From: Bacteroidaceae bacterium | Lineage (GTDB): Bacteria > Bacteroidota > Bacteroidia > Bacteroidales > Bacteroidaceae | NCBI GenBank assembly: GCA_016286165.1 | Contig: JAEESE010000006.1 | Location: 78,633 to 142,632, forward strand | Reading direction: 5' to 3' | Length of the DNA: 64,000 nucleotides | Shown here: positions 1 to 9,152 of the stretch, piece after piece | Layout: every line of letters starts with the position of its first letter | How positions within the stretch are numbered: the stretch's first letter is position 1 | Program-made: the position numbers and the translations under genes | Notes under the pieces: generated by a model | Database searches by the model: none | What the model was told of the DNA's origin: nothing | What the model saw: only the letters and a program-made list of their open reading frames with translations

Positions 1-874
1 TGGCGCGAGGGAAATCGGTATCAAGCACCACTTTCTGCGTGGCGGTAGTGATGCGCAAGTGAATGTCAGGCTGTACACCGAACTCATGGTTGAAGTTGTC
101 AATGGGATTGAACACTACGCTGTGTGCATGGCGCCCGTCCTTCAGGCGGATGGTGACCCGATGGGGCCGTTCAGACGTTGTGGGCCGTAAGGTGAATCCT
201 TTCCCGTCAATTAGTAAGTGTTGCCAGTCGGCAAGGTATTCGTCGGCCTGCACCGAGATGACTTCGCAGGATTGAGGCGTATCGTGGAGCGGGGTGGGAA
301 AGGCGAGCACTGCGATATCGCGCCAGTCACGCCATTCTTCGGTGAAGGGATGAGCGAGCACGGTGTCAATCAGACCGCCTCCACGAATGTCGGCACGGAC
401 GTAGCTTAGATGACGCATGGCTTGTTCGGGCTTAATCCAAGGTCCGCCGCTTGTAGCCCAGCCCGGACATGTCTGAAGGCTGAACCTTAACCCTAATCGA
501 TGCGCCTCCTCGGCAGTATGCTTGACCAAAGCCTCCCATTTAGGACTTAAACATTCAATGTGTTCCTCTGTGCCAGGCCAGTCGGCGGGATCACCCACTT
601 GTCCATGGAAGAATTGAATGCCTTGGATACCGGATTCCGCAATGGCCTCGAGGTCTTTTGTGATACCTTCTTGTCGTACGCTGCCGTTGATGAAATGGAA
701 CCAAGTCTCGGGATAGAAGATGCGGTCGGGATGAAGGAATGATGTCTCGTCGGTCGTGCTGAAAGGACGATTCAGCAACGAAGAATCAGGAGTGGCTCTG
801 AACGTGTCATGCGACCATGCGGTGAACATGGTGACCAGTGCCAGACAGAAAAGTAAGAATATTTTGTGTCTCAT
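1..874 (-). CDS. Secreted glycoside hydrolase, N-terminal part; the gene runs off the left edge. Family guess: GH106 / alpha-L-rhamnosidase-like.
   Basis: Hand translation of the reverse strand from the ATG (cat at 872-874) gives MRHKIFLLFCLALVTMFTAWS (signal peptide), then ...YPETWFHFINGSVRQEGITKDLEAIAESGIQGIQFFHG...SLQTCPGWATSGGPWIKPEQAM. It was checked stop-free from 874 down to about 421. Beyond that the frame was translated less carefully and appeared open to position 1. It is absent from the ORF track because there is no stop in the window. The family assignment is from memory of similar Bacteroidetes exo-glycosidases. Confidence 0.6.
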   Translation of the reverse strand, partial: MRHKIFLLFCLALVTMFTAWSHDTFRATPDSSLLNRPFSTTDETSFLHPDRIFYPETWFHFINGSVRQEGITKDLEAIAESGIQGIQFFHGQVGDPADWPGTEEHIECLSPKWEALVKHTAEEAHRLGLRFSLQTCPGWATSGGPWIKPEQAMRHLSYVRADIRGGGLIDTVLAHPFTEEWRDWRDIAVLAFPTPLHDTPQSCEVISVQADEYLADWQHLLIDGKGFTLRPTTSERPHRVTIRLKDGRHAHSVVFNPIDNFNHEFGVQPDIHLRITTATQKVVLDTDFPRA

Positions 875-921
875 CTAGGTTCGTTTTTAGAGGTAGATTA
901 TTGCAACTATTATTCTGGCTG

Positions 922-929
922 CAAAGTTA
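922..929 (-). promoter_or_regulatory. Bacteroidetes -7 box (TAACTTTG on the minus strand) for the partial glycosidase gene
   Basis: Plus strand reads caaagtta, which matches TAnnTTTG on the minus strand. It lies 48 nt upstream of the start at 874. Confidence 0.5.
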
Positions 930-1134
930 GGTAAAAGATTTGGCGTGGTCTAAGATTTTGTCCTTTTTTTGTCTTTGCTCGGTGAATACGCTCAAATGCA
1001 CTCGTAGGGCGAGTGTAAAGATTTCATGCTCAAAAGGCCCATTCCGTTACGCAAGAAATGCCTTCAAGAAGCTAAAAGTGCAACGAAGAAAGAAAAAGTG
1101 ACTGAAAAGTTGCGGTTGTTCGGAAATAAAGTTG

Positions 1135-1142
1135 TAATTTTG
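1135..1142 (+). promoter_or_regulatory. Bacteroidetes -7 box TAATTTTG upstream of thrS
   Basis: Exact TAnnTTTG match 75 nt upstream of the ATG at 1217. The leader contains a small hairpin, GAGCG-AGAA-CGCTC. Confidence 0.5.
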
Positions 1143-1216
1143 CAGCCGTGTTGTAAAAAAAGAGCGAGAACGCTCGACCAAAAGGAAATCAATAACAAAA
1201 CGACATAAGATTGACT

Positions 1217-3169
1217 ATGATCAAGATTACACTTCCCGACGGCTCTGTACTCGAACGCGAGGCAGGCGTAACGGGTTACGAGATTGCTGAGAGTATTTCA
1301 CCGGCTTTGGCCCGCAGCGTAGTGAGCTGTGGCGTGAACGGCGAGACTGTGGAGCTGAACCGCCCCATCACCGAGGACGCAGAGTTTGTGCTCTATAAGT
1401 TCGACGATGAGCAAGGCAAGCACACCTTCTGGCACACCAGCGCACACCTGTTGGCAGAGGCTCTGCAAGAGCTCTATCCCGGTGTTCAGTTCGGCTTCGG
1501 TCCTGCTATTGAGAACGGTTTCTATTACGATGTCCTGCTGCCCGATGGCAAGCAGATCAGCGAAGGCGACTTCGCCACGATAGAGGACAAGATGAAGGAA
1601 CTGGCAGGGAAGAAAGAACCCGTAGTGCGCCGTGAAGTGTCTAAGGCAGATGCTCTGAAGGAGTTTGCCGCCGATGGTCAGACTTTCAAAGTGGAGCATA
1701 TCGACCAGGACCTCGAGGATGGCACCATCACCACTTACACCCAGGGCAACTTCACCGACCTATGCCGCGGCCCACACCTTGTGAATACCGGCGACATAAA
1801 GGTCGTAAAGCTGACGAGCGTGGCAGGTTGCTTCTGGCGCGGTGACGCCGAGCGCGAAAGCATGCAGCGCCTCTATGGCATCAGCTTCCCCAAGAAGAAG
1901 ATGCTCGACGACTACTTGCTCATGCTCGAAGAGGCCAAGAAGCGCGACCACCGTAAGATTGGCAAGGAGATGGAGCTCTTTATGTTCAGCGACCGCGTTG
2001 GCAAGGGACTGCCCATCTGGTTGCCGAAGGGTACTGATCTGCGTCTGCGTCTGCAAGAGATGTTGCGTAAGATTCAGAAGCAGTACGGCTATCAGGAGGT
2101 CATCACGCCAAACATCGGTGGCAAGAACCTCTATCAGACTTCAGGCCACTGGGATCACTATGGCAAGGATAGCTTCCAGCCCATACAGACACCTGAGGAA
2201 GGCGAGGAGTACCTGCTGAAGCCTATGAACTGCCCGCACCACTGCGAGATCTTCGCCAATCGTCCCCGCTCCTATAAGGAGTTGCCCTTCCGCTGCGCCG
2301 AGTTCGGTACAGTGTATCGCTACGAGATGAGCGGTGAGCTGCACGGACTTACCCGCGTGCGCTGTTTCACACAGGATGATGCTCACATCTTCTGCCGTCC
2401 CGACCAGGTGAAGAAGGAGTTCACAAACGTTATCGACATCATTCAGCGTGTGTTCTCTACCTTCAATTTCAGCGATGAGAATGTTGAGGTGCAGATTTCA
2501 CTGCGCGACCCGAAGGATAAGAAAAAATATATCGGTTCAGACGAGGACTGGGCAAGCGCTGAACAGGCCATCGTTGATGCCTGTGAGGAGAAAGGCATGA
2601 AGGCTCGCAAGGAAATCGGCGAGGCCGCTTTCTATGGTCCCAAGCTCGACTTCATGGTCAAGGACGCCATCGGTCGTCGTTGGCAGCTCGGAACGATACA
2701 GGTTGACTATCAGTTGCCTCAGCGCTTCCAACTGGAATACACCGGCGAGGACAACCAGAAGCACCGTCCGGTGATGATTCACCGCGCGCCCTTCGGCTCT
2801 ATGGAGCGCTTCGTGGCTGTGCTCATCGAGCACACTGCAGGTCACTTCCCACTCTGGCTCACTCCAGACCAGGTGGCTATCCTGCCTATCTCAGATAAGT
2901 TCAACGACTATGCCAAGCAGGTTCAGGAGGTTCTCGGACAATATGACGTCCGTGCAATCCTCGACGACCGTTCCGAAAAGATAGGCCGCAAGATCCGCGA
3001 CAATGAGATGAAGCACATACCTTATCTGCTCATCGTTGGCGAGAAAGAAGCCGCAGATGGACTTGTGAGCGTAAGAAAACAGGGTCAAGGCGACCAAGGA
3101 AGCATGAAAATCGAAGATTTTGCAAAGAAAATCAACGAAGAAGTGCGTAGTATGACAGAAAAGTATTAA
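1217..3169 (+). CDS. thrS: Threonine--tRNA ligase
   Basis: The N-terminus [10 protein letters not shown] is TGS-like. Also seen: [37 protein letters not shown] and a class II catalytic core. The ATG at 1217 is preferred over the TTG at 1211 used by the ORF track. It heads the conserved thrS-infC-rpmI-rplT order. Confidence 0.95.
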   Translation: MIKITLPDGSVLEREAGVTGYEIAESISPALARSVVSCGVNGETVELNRPITEDAEFVLYKFDDEQGKHTFWHTSAHLLAEALQELYPGVQFGFGPAIENGFYYDVLLPDGKQISEGDFATIEDKMKELAGKKEPVVRREVSKADALKEFAADGQTFKVEHIDQDLEDGTITTYTQGNFTDLCRGPHLVNTGDIKVVKLTSVAGCFWRGDAERESMQRLYGISFPKKKMLDDYLLMLEEAKKRDHRKIGKEMELFMFSDRVGKGLPIWLPKGTDLRLRLQEMLRKIQKQYGYQEVITPNIGGKNLYQTSGHWDHYGKDSFQPIQTPEEGEEYLLKPMNCPHHCEIFANRPRSYKELPFRCAEFGTVYRYEMSGELHGLTRVRCFTQDDAHIFCRPDQVKKEFTNVIDIIQRVFSTFNFSDENVEVQISLRDPKDKKKYIGSDEDWASAEQAIVDACEEKGMKARKEIGEAAFYGPKLDFMVKDAIGRRWQLGTIQVDYQLPQRFQLEYTGEDNQKHRPVMIHRAPFGSMERFVAVLIEHTAGHFPLWLTPDQVAILPISDKFNDYAKQVQEVLGQYDVRAILDDRSEKIGRKIRDNEMKHIPYLLIVGEKEAADGLVSVRKQGQGDQGSMKIEDFAKKINEEVRSMTEKY

Positions 3170-3307
3170 CTTTGCGCCCGCTAATTTGACAATTCGACAG
3201 TTGACAGTTCTTGAAGGCTCATGCATCGCAAGCGCTGGGCGGATAGATTACAATAGAGACAGTTGACAGTCGGAACATAGAAAAAGCGGAAACGTAGATT
3301 ATTATTA

Positions 3308-3961
3308 ATGAAGAAAAACAACCTCAAAAGTCAGTATCGCGTTAACGAACAGATACGTGCTGCAGAAGTACGAGTCGTGGGCGATGATGTGGAATCGCAA
3401 GTGCTGCCACTGCGCGACGCCATTCATTTGGCCGAGCAGAAAGGCGTAGACCTTGTAGAGATATCGCCCAACGCCGAGCCCCCCGTGTGCCGCCTCATCG
3501 ACTACTCGAAATTCATCTACCAGCAGAAGAAACGCCAGAAGGAGATGAAGGCCAAGCAGGTGAAGGTGGAGGTTAAGGAGATTCGCTTCGGTCCTCAGAC
3601 CGACGACCACGACTACAACTTCAAGCTGAAGCACGCCCAAGGCTTCCTCTCGGACGGCGACAAGGTGAAGGCTTACGTCTTCTTCCGCGGCCGCTCAATC
3701 CTGTTCAAGGAACAAGGAGAGGTACTGCTCCTGCGTTTCGCTCAGGACCTGGAGGACTATGGCAAGGTAGAATCCATGCCTGTACTCGAAGGTAAGCGCA
3801 TGACGATGTTCATCGCCCCCAAGAAGGTGGCCCCCAAGAAAGCTGAGACCGACGATGACGACGACGATGACGTTGAAGAGCCGGTTCGCAAGAAACCTCA
3901 ACAGAAGGAACGTAAGGAATACACCGGTCCGAAGGTTGAGGGAGAGAACTGGGACGACTAG
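3308..3961 (+). CDS. infC: Translation initiation factor IF-3, with an acidic/lysine-rich C-terminal tail
   Basis: Motifs [39 protein letters not shown] and [21 protein letters not shown]. The tail is ...[27 protein letters not shown]. Confidence 0.93.
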   Translation: MKKNNLKSQYRVNEQIRAAEVRVVGDDVESQVLPLRDAIHLAEQKGVDLVEISPNAEPPVCRLIDYSKFIYQQKKRQKEMKAKQVKVEVKEIRFGPQTDDHDYNFKLKHAQGFLSDGDKVKAYVFFRGRSILFKEQGEVLLLRFAQDLEDYGKVESMPVLEGKRMTMFIAPKKVAPKKAETDDDDDDDVEEPVRKKPQQKERKEYTGPKVEGENWDD

Positions 3962-4016
3962 TTGATAGTTGACAGTTGATAGTTGATAGTTGGCAGTTGA
4001 TAGTTGACAGTTGAAA
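3961..4016 (+). repeat. Tandem heptamer array, (GTTGAYA) x 8, starting at the infC stop codon
   Basis: gttgata gttgaca gttgata gttgata gttggca gttgata gttgaca gttgaaa. The same GTTGACA word also occurs twice in the thrS-infC spacer, at about 3199-3208 and 3261-3270. Confidence 0.9.
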
Positions 4017-4099
4017 GAAATGAAAAAGGATTGCGCGCTGCGCCCGGTATATGCGCAGCCGCGTCTGTTAATTAATAACAATTAAAAACAAACAAAAAA

Positions 4100-4297
4100 A
4101 TGCCAAAAGTAAAGACTAATTCCGGAGCAAAGAAGCGTTTCACGCTCACCGGAACGGGTAAGATTAAGCGTCACCACGCTTATCACAGCCACATCCTGAC
4201 AAAGAAAACCAAGAAGCAGAAGCGCAATCTGCAGCACAGCGACATCGTTGTCACTGCCAACCGCAAGCAGGTTCGCGAACTCCTCCTTCTTCGCTAA
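4100..4297 (+). CDS. rpmI: 50S ribosomal protein L35
   Basis: A 65-aa basic protein, [14 protein letters not shown]...TGKIKR. It sits between infC and rplT. Confidence 0.93.
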   Translation: MPKVKTNSGAKKRFTLTGTGKIKRHHAYHSHILTKKTKKQKRNLQHSDIVVTANRKQVRELLLLR

Positions 4298-4379
4298 TCT
4301 CCTGTACAGGATAGAGAGTTAAACAAGTATTTCTGAAAGGAAATCACCCAAAGTCAAACCGAACGATGGCCTGAAAAGA

Positions 4380-4449
4380 GATTAGGGATTACGGATTAAA
4401 GATTGGAGATTAAAGATTAGAGATTATGGATTAAAGATTAGAGATAATC
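4380..4449 (+). repeat. Tandem heptamer array, (GATTARR) x 10, in the rpmI-rplT spacer
   Basis: gattagg gattacg gattaaa gattgga gattaaa gattaga gattatg gattaaa gattaga gataatc. It is followed by an AATC-rich stretch (4450-4500) that is partly complementary to it. Confidence 0.9.
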
Positions 4450-4530
4450 GCAATCGTAGAATCAAATCTTAAAATCAAATCGCAAGATCCGACAATCACA
4501 GTCCGCCTACGTTCAAAAACAAACAAAATT

Positions 4531-4875
4531 ATGCCAAGATCAGTTAATCACGTTGCTTCACGTGCAAAGAGAAAGAGAATCCTGAAGCTTACACGCGGCT
4601 ACTTCGGTGCCCGCAAGAACGTCTGGACCGTAGCCAAGAACACTTGGGAGAAAGGTCTGACCTACGCCTATCGCGATCGCAAGAACAAGAAGCGTTCATT
4701 CCGCGCTCTGTGGATCCAGCGTATCAACGCTGCCGCACGCATGGAAGGTATGAGCTACAGCCAGCTCATGGGCGCTCTGCACAAGGCTGGCGTTGAAATC
4801 AACCGCAAGGTGCTCGCCGACCTCGCCATGAACCACATGGAGGCTTTCAAGGCTATCGTAGCTAAGGTAAAGTAA
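4531..4875 (+). CDS. rplT: 50S ribosomal protein L20
   Basis: [30 protein letters not shown]...; 114 aa; last gene of the operon. Confidence 0.95.
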   Translation: MPRSVNHVASRAKRKRILKLTRGYFGARKNVWTVAKNTWEKGLTYAYRDRKNKKRSFRALWIQRINAAARMEGMSYSQLMGALHKAGVEINRKVLADLAMNHMEAFKAIVAKVK

Positions 4876-4912
4876 GTAAGCAAGGGGTCTCGCACCCATT
4901 TTGACTGAACAC

Positions 4913-4957
4913 AAAGAGAGGGCATGTCCAAACGGACACGCCCTCTCTCTTTGTTTG
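4913..4957 (+). terminator. Intrinsic terminator after rplT
   Basis: Stem aaagagagggcatgtcc / ggacacgccctctcttt with loop aaac, followed by tttgtttg. Confidence 0.7.
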
Positions 4958-5023
4958 TATGTGCCGGTGATATAGCAGCTGGCTACCTGTAGGGTAAGCC
5001 TTCTGCTATATCATCACGTTGTT

Positions 5024-6181
5024 TTATTGTTCACCTGGCATTTTGCCGTCCAAGGCATTGATGATCATCTCGAGGAGCTCGTCGGTGGGGCGCGAGAGCA
5101 TCATGTTGCCAATCTTGCGCTGAGCCTTGCGCTTGCCCTGATGAATCTCATCGATACGCTGACGTAGGATTTGCTTCATCTGATCCTTGTACTTGACCTC
5201 GGCATTCGGGTCGGCAAACGGCCTTGCCCAATTAGCCAGTTGCATATCATCGGCATTGAGGTCGGGGTTGGCAAGATATTCGCGGATATAGCGGATGTAG
5301 GCATCGTATTTCTTCTGCTTCTCAGTGAGCGTGATGAGGGTGGAGAGGCGATAGTGGTCGGCATTCTTCACGCCAAGCACGCCAAGGAGAGCCTGGAAGC
5401 GACCGAAGGCAGCCTCGTCGAGGGTGGCAGTGCCGTCGGCTTCGTTGATCATCTGGCGCTGGAAGTTGCTCAGCACGTTCTGTATCTTCATCTGCACGGG
5501 CATCTCACCCATGACGGCGGACAGAGCCTCGGGGTGCTGAGCCGTGTAAACGAACGACTTGGCGAATGGGTTGTTGATGTTGCGGAAGAAAATCATGCGC
5601 AGGGTGCTGTCGGTGGCGAAGGTCTCTTCCTTGCCTTCGAGAATGGCTTCGGCCACGTTGTTAGCTTCGTCGCCCTTGTACGAGGCGGTCAATGTCTTCA
5701 GGTACTGCATGAGGAACTCAGGGTCGCGGTCGCCGGCTTTCCAGCGCTGCTCGAGGTTTGAGGAGCTGTTGTCGGCGCTCTTCTCGGTCACTACCTTGAT
5801 GAACTCGTCGGCAGCCTGATAGCCAAGGAAACGCGAGATTTCCTGAGCGTCGGCGTTGAAGATTACGAAAGTGGGGTAGGCCTGAATCTGCAGTTTCTTG
5901 GCCAACGGAGCGCCATAAGCGCTTTCCATGTCAATCTGCAAGTTGATGAACTTAGGATTCATGAAGGCACCCACTTTCTCGAGCGGGAACACTTCCTTGG
6001 CCATCTTCTTGCAAGGACCACACCATTGGGTATAGCAGTCGAGGAAGATGAGCTTGTTCTCGGCTTTGGCCTTGGCAGAAGCTTGCTCCAGGGTTGTGCC
6101 TGCGGGTTCGAATACTACGCCTTGGGCTGACGCAGTGAGTGCGAAAGCCAGCGTGATGATGGTTGTGAGCAGTTTTTTCAT
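5024..6181 (-). CDS. Secreted thioredoxin-fold protein (WCGPC) with a long helical C-terminal domain
   Basis: Signal peptide MKKLLTTIITLAFALTASAQ and active-site motif YTQWCGPCKKM. It is the last gene of the SusC/SusD/DUF4843/PKD-like locus. Confidence 0.8.
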   Translation of the reverse strand: MKKLLTTIITLAFALTASAQGVVFEPAGTTLEQASAKAKAENKLIFLDCYTQWCGPCKKMAKEVFPLEKVGAFMNPKFINLQIDMESAYGAPLAKKLQIQAYPTFVIFNADAQEISRFLGYQAADEFIKVVTEKSADNSSSNLEQRWKAGDRDPEFLMQYLKTLTASYKGDEANNVAEAILEGKEETFATDSTLRMIFFRNINNPFAKSFVYTAQHPEALSAVMGEMPVQMKIQNVLSNFQRQMINEADGTATLDEAAFGRFQALLGVLGVKNADHYRLSTLITLTEKQKKYDAYIRYIREYLANPDLNADDMQLANWARPFADPNAEVKYKDQMKQILRQRIDEIHQGKRKAQRKIGNMMLSRPTDELLEMIINALDGKMPGEQ

Positions 6182-6191
6182 TATTGTAAAT

Positions 6192-6258
6192 ATGAGTTTT
6201 GAGTTTTTGAGTTTATAAGTTTATGAGTTATTTAGTTCTAGAGTTTATGAGTTTGTTT
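6192..6258. repeat. Degenerate tandem repeat (GAGTTTW, 7-9 nt period) directly upstream of the thioredoxin gene
   Basis: tgagttttgagtttttgagtttataagtttatgagttatttagttctagagtttatgagttt. Confidence 0.75.
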
Positions 6259-6400
6259 CACGTTAGCACATTTATATGTTTGACCGCTTAACAGTTCTTT
6301 GGTTTAAGTCTTGAACTACCGGACTGTCAACTCCCCACTTTGAAAGAAAGGGGAGCCCGAAGGGCGGGGTGAGTCTGATGGGTGAGTCTGCGAATTGTGT

Positions 6401-8092
6401 CTATTGCATAGAGAATTTCCAAGCCATATCCTTGACTCGGCCTGGAATAGGATATTCGTAGTGGTTGTCGGTGTTGAGGATACCGCTGGCGGGATTGATG
6501 AGGTATTCGTAAACACGGCCTTGCTGGGTGTTCTTGTTCCAAGTGGCGATGTGCACCAGTCGGTCCGACGAAGGTACCATGCCGTAGCCGTAGATGGTGC
6601 CGTGGTAGTACTTCATAATTCGTACACAAGTCACCTCTTCGTCCTCTGAAGGCGCCGTCCACGCCACGGATGCAGGCTGCTGGCTATCATAAGCGAAGTT
6701 GTAAACCTTATTGCCGGAAGCGTAGTAGATGAAGCTTCCGACATGGCTGGCGGCCATCGACGTGGCGTTGGCGATGCCTGGGCACAGGTCGTTCATAGGA
6801 TACAGGCCTACGCCTATATTGTTGTCCTGAGGCGTGGAAGTTGAGAAATTAGAAACCGTAAGGTATCGCGCGCCCGCGCGTTCCATAATTATATATTCGT
6901 AAGGACGTAGGGCTACGGCGTAGCTGGTGCCTTTGCCCCAGTCGGCCATCACGAATTCCATGCCTGTGTTGTTGATGTCGAAAGCGCAGAGGTCAGGTTC
7001 CTGCGGTGCAAACTCCTCGAGCTGAGCGCTGTTGTAAGCCGCGTAGCGGAAGCGGTGGTAGGTGTTGTCGTAGACCACTATGCCGTAGTTCAGTGTCTGT
7101 GGAACCTCTGCGTTCCAGGGTGCCAGTTCTCCTATGCCGTGGGCGAACTTTGGCACGCCGAACTTTGTAGCACGCCCTTCGGTGGCGCTGAAGGAGTAGG
7201 TGTTGGTGTAGATATCGTTGGCGTTGAGCAGCACCTCAGAGCTCTGCCCGCTCATCACGCCTGAGCCATGCTGACCATACCAAGTGGGGTGCATCACTGC
7301 AGGCGGTTCGTGGAAGAATTGGTCGAAATCCAAGGCCTTGAGTATGCCGTTCTCGCTCACGCCTACGAGGGTCCAGTCGGTGCATAGGCCTACATAGTTG
7401 TTGCCCGACGCCAATGACACGGCGATGTCAAGGCATCGGATGGGGCGACCTAGCAAGGCTTCGCCGTTGGTGGTCTCGTAGAGGTTGGTGTAGTAGCGGT
7501 TGTAGTTGGCGTTGAGCTTGGTCCAGGGGTTGTAGATGAGGGCGAGATCTGAGTAACCGTGTTTGTCGGCACGCTCATAGAATACCATCCAGCCGCCGTC
7601 GAACACTTCGCTCACGGCCACAGGCACGCGCCAGAACTGACGGATGCCGTCGTTGCGGTTCTGCACCACGAGTTGCACGTAATAGTTGCCGCCCGTACGG
7701 CTGATGACGGCGTTCAGGCGACGCTCGGTGCCGATGGTGTCGATTACGGCGCTCGCTCCTGTGCCGGAGGTGGCGCTGAAGATGGTCCATGTGTAATCGA
7801 GCGGTGCCTCGTCGGCTTTCACTACTTCCTCGCCTCGGAACGTCACCTTAGGCTCCAGCACGAGTGTGTCGAAACGCATGATGGCGTATTCGCTTTGGAT
7901 GCCGGCACCGGTGGTGTCGATTGCCACGGCATCGAGTTCGTGGTAATCGTAGTTGCCTTGGTCGTCGTAGCAGCCTGCAGTTGCGACGGCGAGAGTGAAG
8001 AGTGACAGGGCGAGAAGTGAAGAATAGGAGCTACTCTTCACAACTGCTTTCCTCTGCGCTGTGTATAATCGACTAAAAAATGACTTTCTCAT
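6401..8092 (-). CDS. PKD-like family lipoprotein (typical fourth gene of SusC/SusD/DUF4843 loci)
   Basis: 563 aa with a lipobox ...VATAGC. The N-terminal region CYDDQGNYDYHELDAVAIDT and the gene position match, from memory, the PKD-like lipoproteins that follow DUF4843 genes in Bacteroidales. Confidence 0.55.
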   Translation of the reverse strand: MRKSFFSRLYTAQRKAVVKSSSYSSLLALSLFTLAVATAGCYDDQGNYDYHELDAVAIDTTGAGIQSEYAIMRFDTLVLEPKVTFRGEEVVKADEAPLDYTWTIFSATSGTGASAVIDTIGTERRLNAVISRTGGNYYVQLVVQNRNDGIRQFWRVPVAVSEVFDGGWMVFYERADKHGYSDLALIYNPWTKLNANYNRYYTNLYETTNGEALLGRPIRCLDIAVSLASGNNYVGLCTDWTLVGVSENGILKALDFDQFFHEPPAVMHPTWYGQHGSGVMSGQSSEVLLNANDIYTNTYSFSATEGRATKFGVPKFAHGIGELAPWNAEVPQTLNYGIVVYDNTYHRFRYAAYNSAQLEEFAPQEPDLCAFDINNTGMEFVMADWGKGTSYAVALRPYEYIIMERAGARYLTVSNFSTSTPQDNNIGVGLYPMNDLCPGIANATSMAASHVGSFIYYASGNKVYNFAYDSQQPASVAWTAPSEDEEVTCVRIMKYYHGTIYGYGMVPSSDRLVHIATWNKNTQQGRVYEYLINPASGILNTDNHYEYPIPGRVKDMAWKFSMQ

Positions 8093-8210
8093 CCTTATCT
8101 ATATAATTATTGTGTAATTCTTCTCTGTTGTTTCCCCTTCCTGACGGAAGGGGCACTGGGGCTTTCTTCTTTGGGCTCCCTTCGCTGACTGGAGGGGAAC
8201 GGTGGTTGGG

Positions 8211-8999
8211 TTAGAAGGTTACCGGATTGCCGAATTCATCCGTGAGGGGCTCCTCGTGAGTTTCGTTGTACTCGTTGAGGGCTCGCTGCATGAGCTGCTG
8301 CAGGTGAATGGCATAGGCCACTGATACGACATTCAGTTCCTCGTCGTAGGCGGTCTGGGTGTTGTAGTTTATCTCAAAGTCTACGAGACCGAGGTGCTCG
8401 ATCATGAATTGGTACTTGACGCGGCTGTAGGTGCCGAAGTACTTGGAGAGGGGAATGCGCGGGAAATTGGCTGCGTCCCAGTTGTCGGGCTTGGCGAGGT
8501 AGTTTTTCAGGACTACTGTGAACTGCTGGTGGTTCTCGGTGCCCAATTGGAATTCATCGTTGGGCACTACGCGGAAGTTGATGTGCCCGTCTTTCGTGGT
8601 GAAGAGTGTGGGCGAGCTGAGCGCCTGGCTATTGAAATAGACCTGATAGGTGCCGCCTATCGCGCCTGCGGGGATAATGTAGTCCTCAGTCCGCACTGTG
8701 TTTGCCATGAGGTCGTAGTCGCCGCCGAAAGGCTCGAGGTGGAAAGTGCGGTCGTGGTCGGCCGGCACACCGCTTATCTGGGCGTAGAAAGTCACGGCAC
8801 CTTCCTCGTAGGCGTAGGAATAGTTGTAGGTGGTGGATTCAAACACGGCGCCGGCGGCGTTGCCTACCCATATGTCGAGGCTTGTGCGGTCAGGGTCGTA
8901 GGTCGATATCTCCTCGTGGGTGCATGAGGCGAGCATCGCTGCCATGATGGCGATGAATGAATAGCGGATGTATAAAGAATGGTTGATTCTCATAGACAT
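8211..8999 (-). CDS. DUF4843-like lipoprotein
   Basis: 262 aa with lipobox AMLASC. It lies immediately downstream of SusD and upstream of the PKD-like gene. The family call is based mainly on conserved gene order. Confidence 0.5.
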   Translation of the reverse strand: MSMRINHSLYIRYSFIAIMAAMLASCTHEEISTYDPDRTSLDIWVGNAAGAVFESTTYNYSYAYEEGAVTFYAQISGVPADHDRTFHLEPFGGDYDLMANTVRTEDYIIPAGAIGGTYQVYFNSQALSSPTLFTTKDGHINFRVVPNDEFQLGTENHQQFTVVLKNYLAKPDNWDAANFPRIPLSKYFGTYSRVKYQFMIEHLGLVDFEINYNTQTAYDEELNVVSVAYAIHLQQLMQRALNEYNETHEEPLTDEFGNPVTF

Positions 9000-9125
9000 T
9001 TATATGTGTGTTGTTGTCGGTTCTTGGTTGGCTGTGGGGAACCTTCCTGACGGAAGGGGCACGGTGGCTTTTACTTTTGGGCTCCCCTTCCTGACGGAAG
9101 GGGCACGGTGGCTTTTTTCTTTTGG
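8921..9125. repeat. Copy 1 of a roughly 200-bp direct repeat covering the first 26 codons and leader of the DUF4843-like gene
   Basis: Near-identical to 10523-10722. It contains two copies of ccccttcctgacggaaggggcacggtggctttt. Confidence 0.9.
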
Positions 9126-9152
9126 GCTCCCCTCCAGGGAGGGGGCTTTTCT

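Noticed and set aside
4876-5023. A possible Bacteroidales-1 RNA motif, which I recall as often lying downstream of the L20 gene.
   Set aside because: I can see only a terminator hairpin (4913-4957) and a second hairpin GATATAGCAG...CTGCTATATC (about 4968-5011), which could equally terminate the convergent thioredoxin gene. I cannot recall the motif consensus well enough to call it. A cmsearch with the Rfam model would decide.
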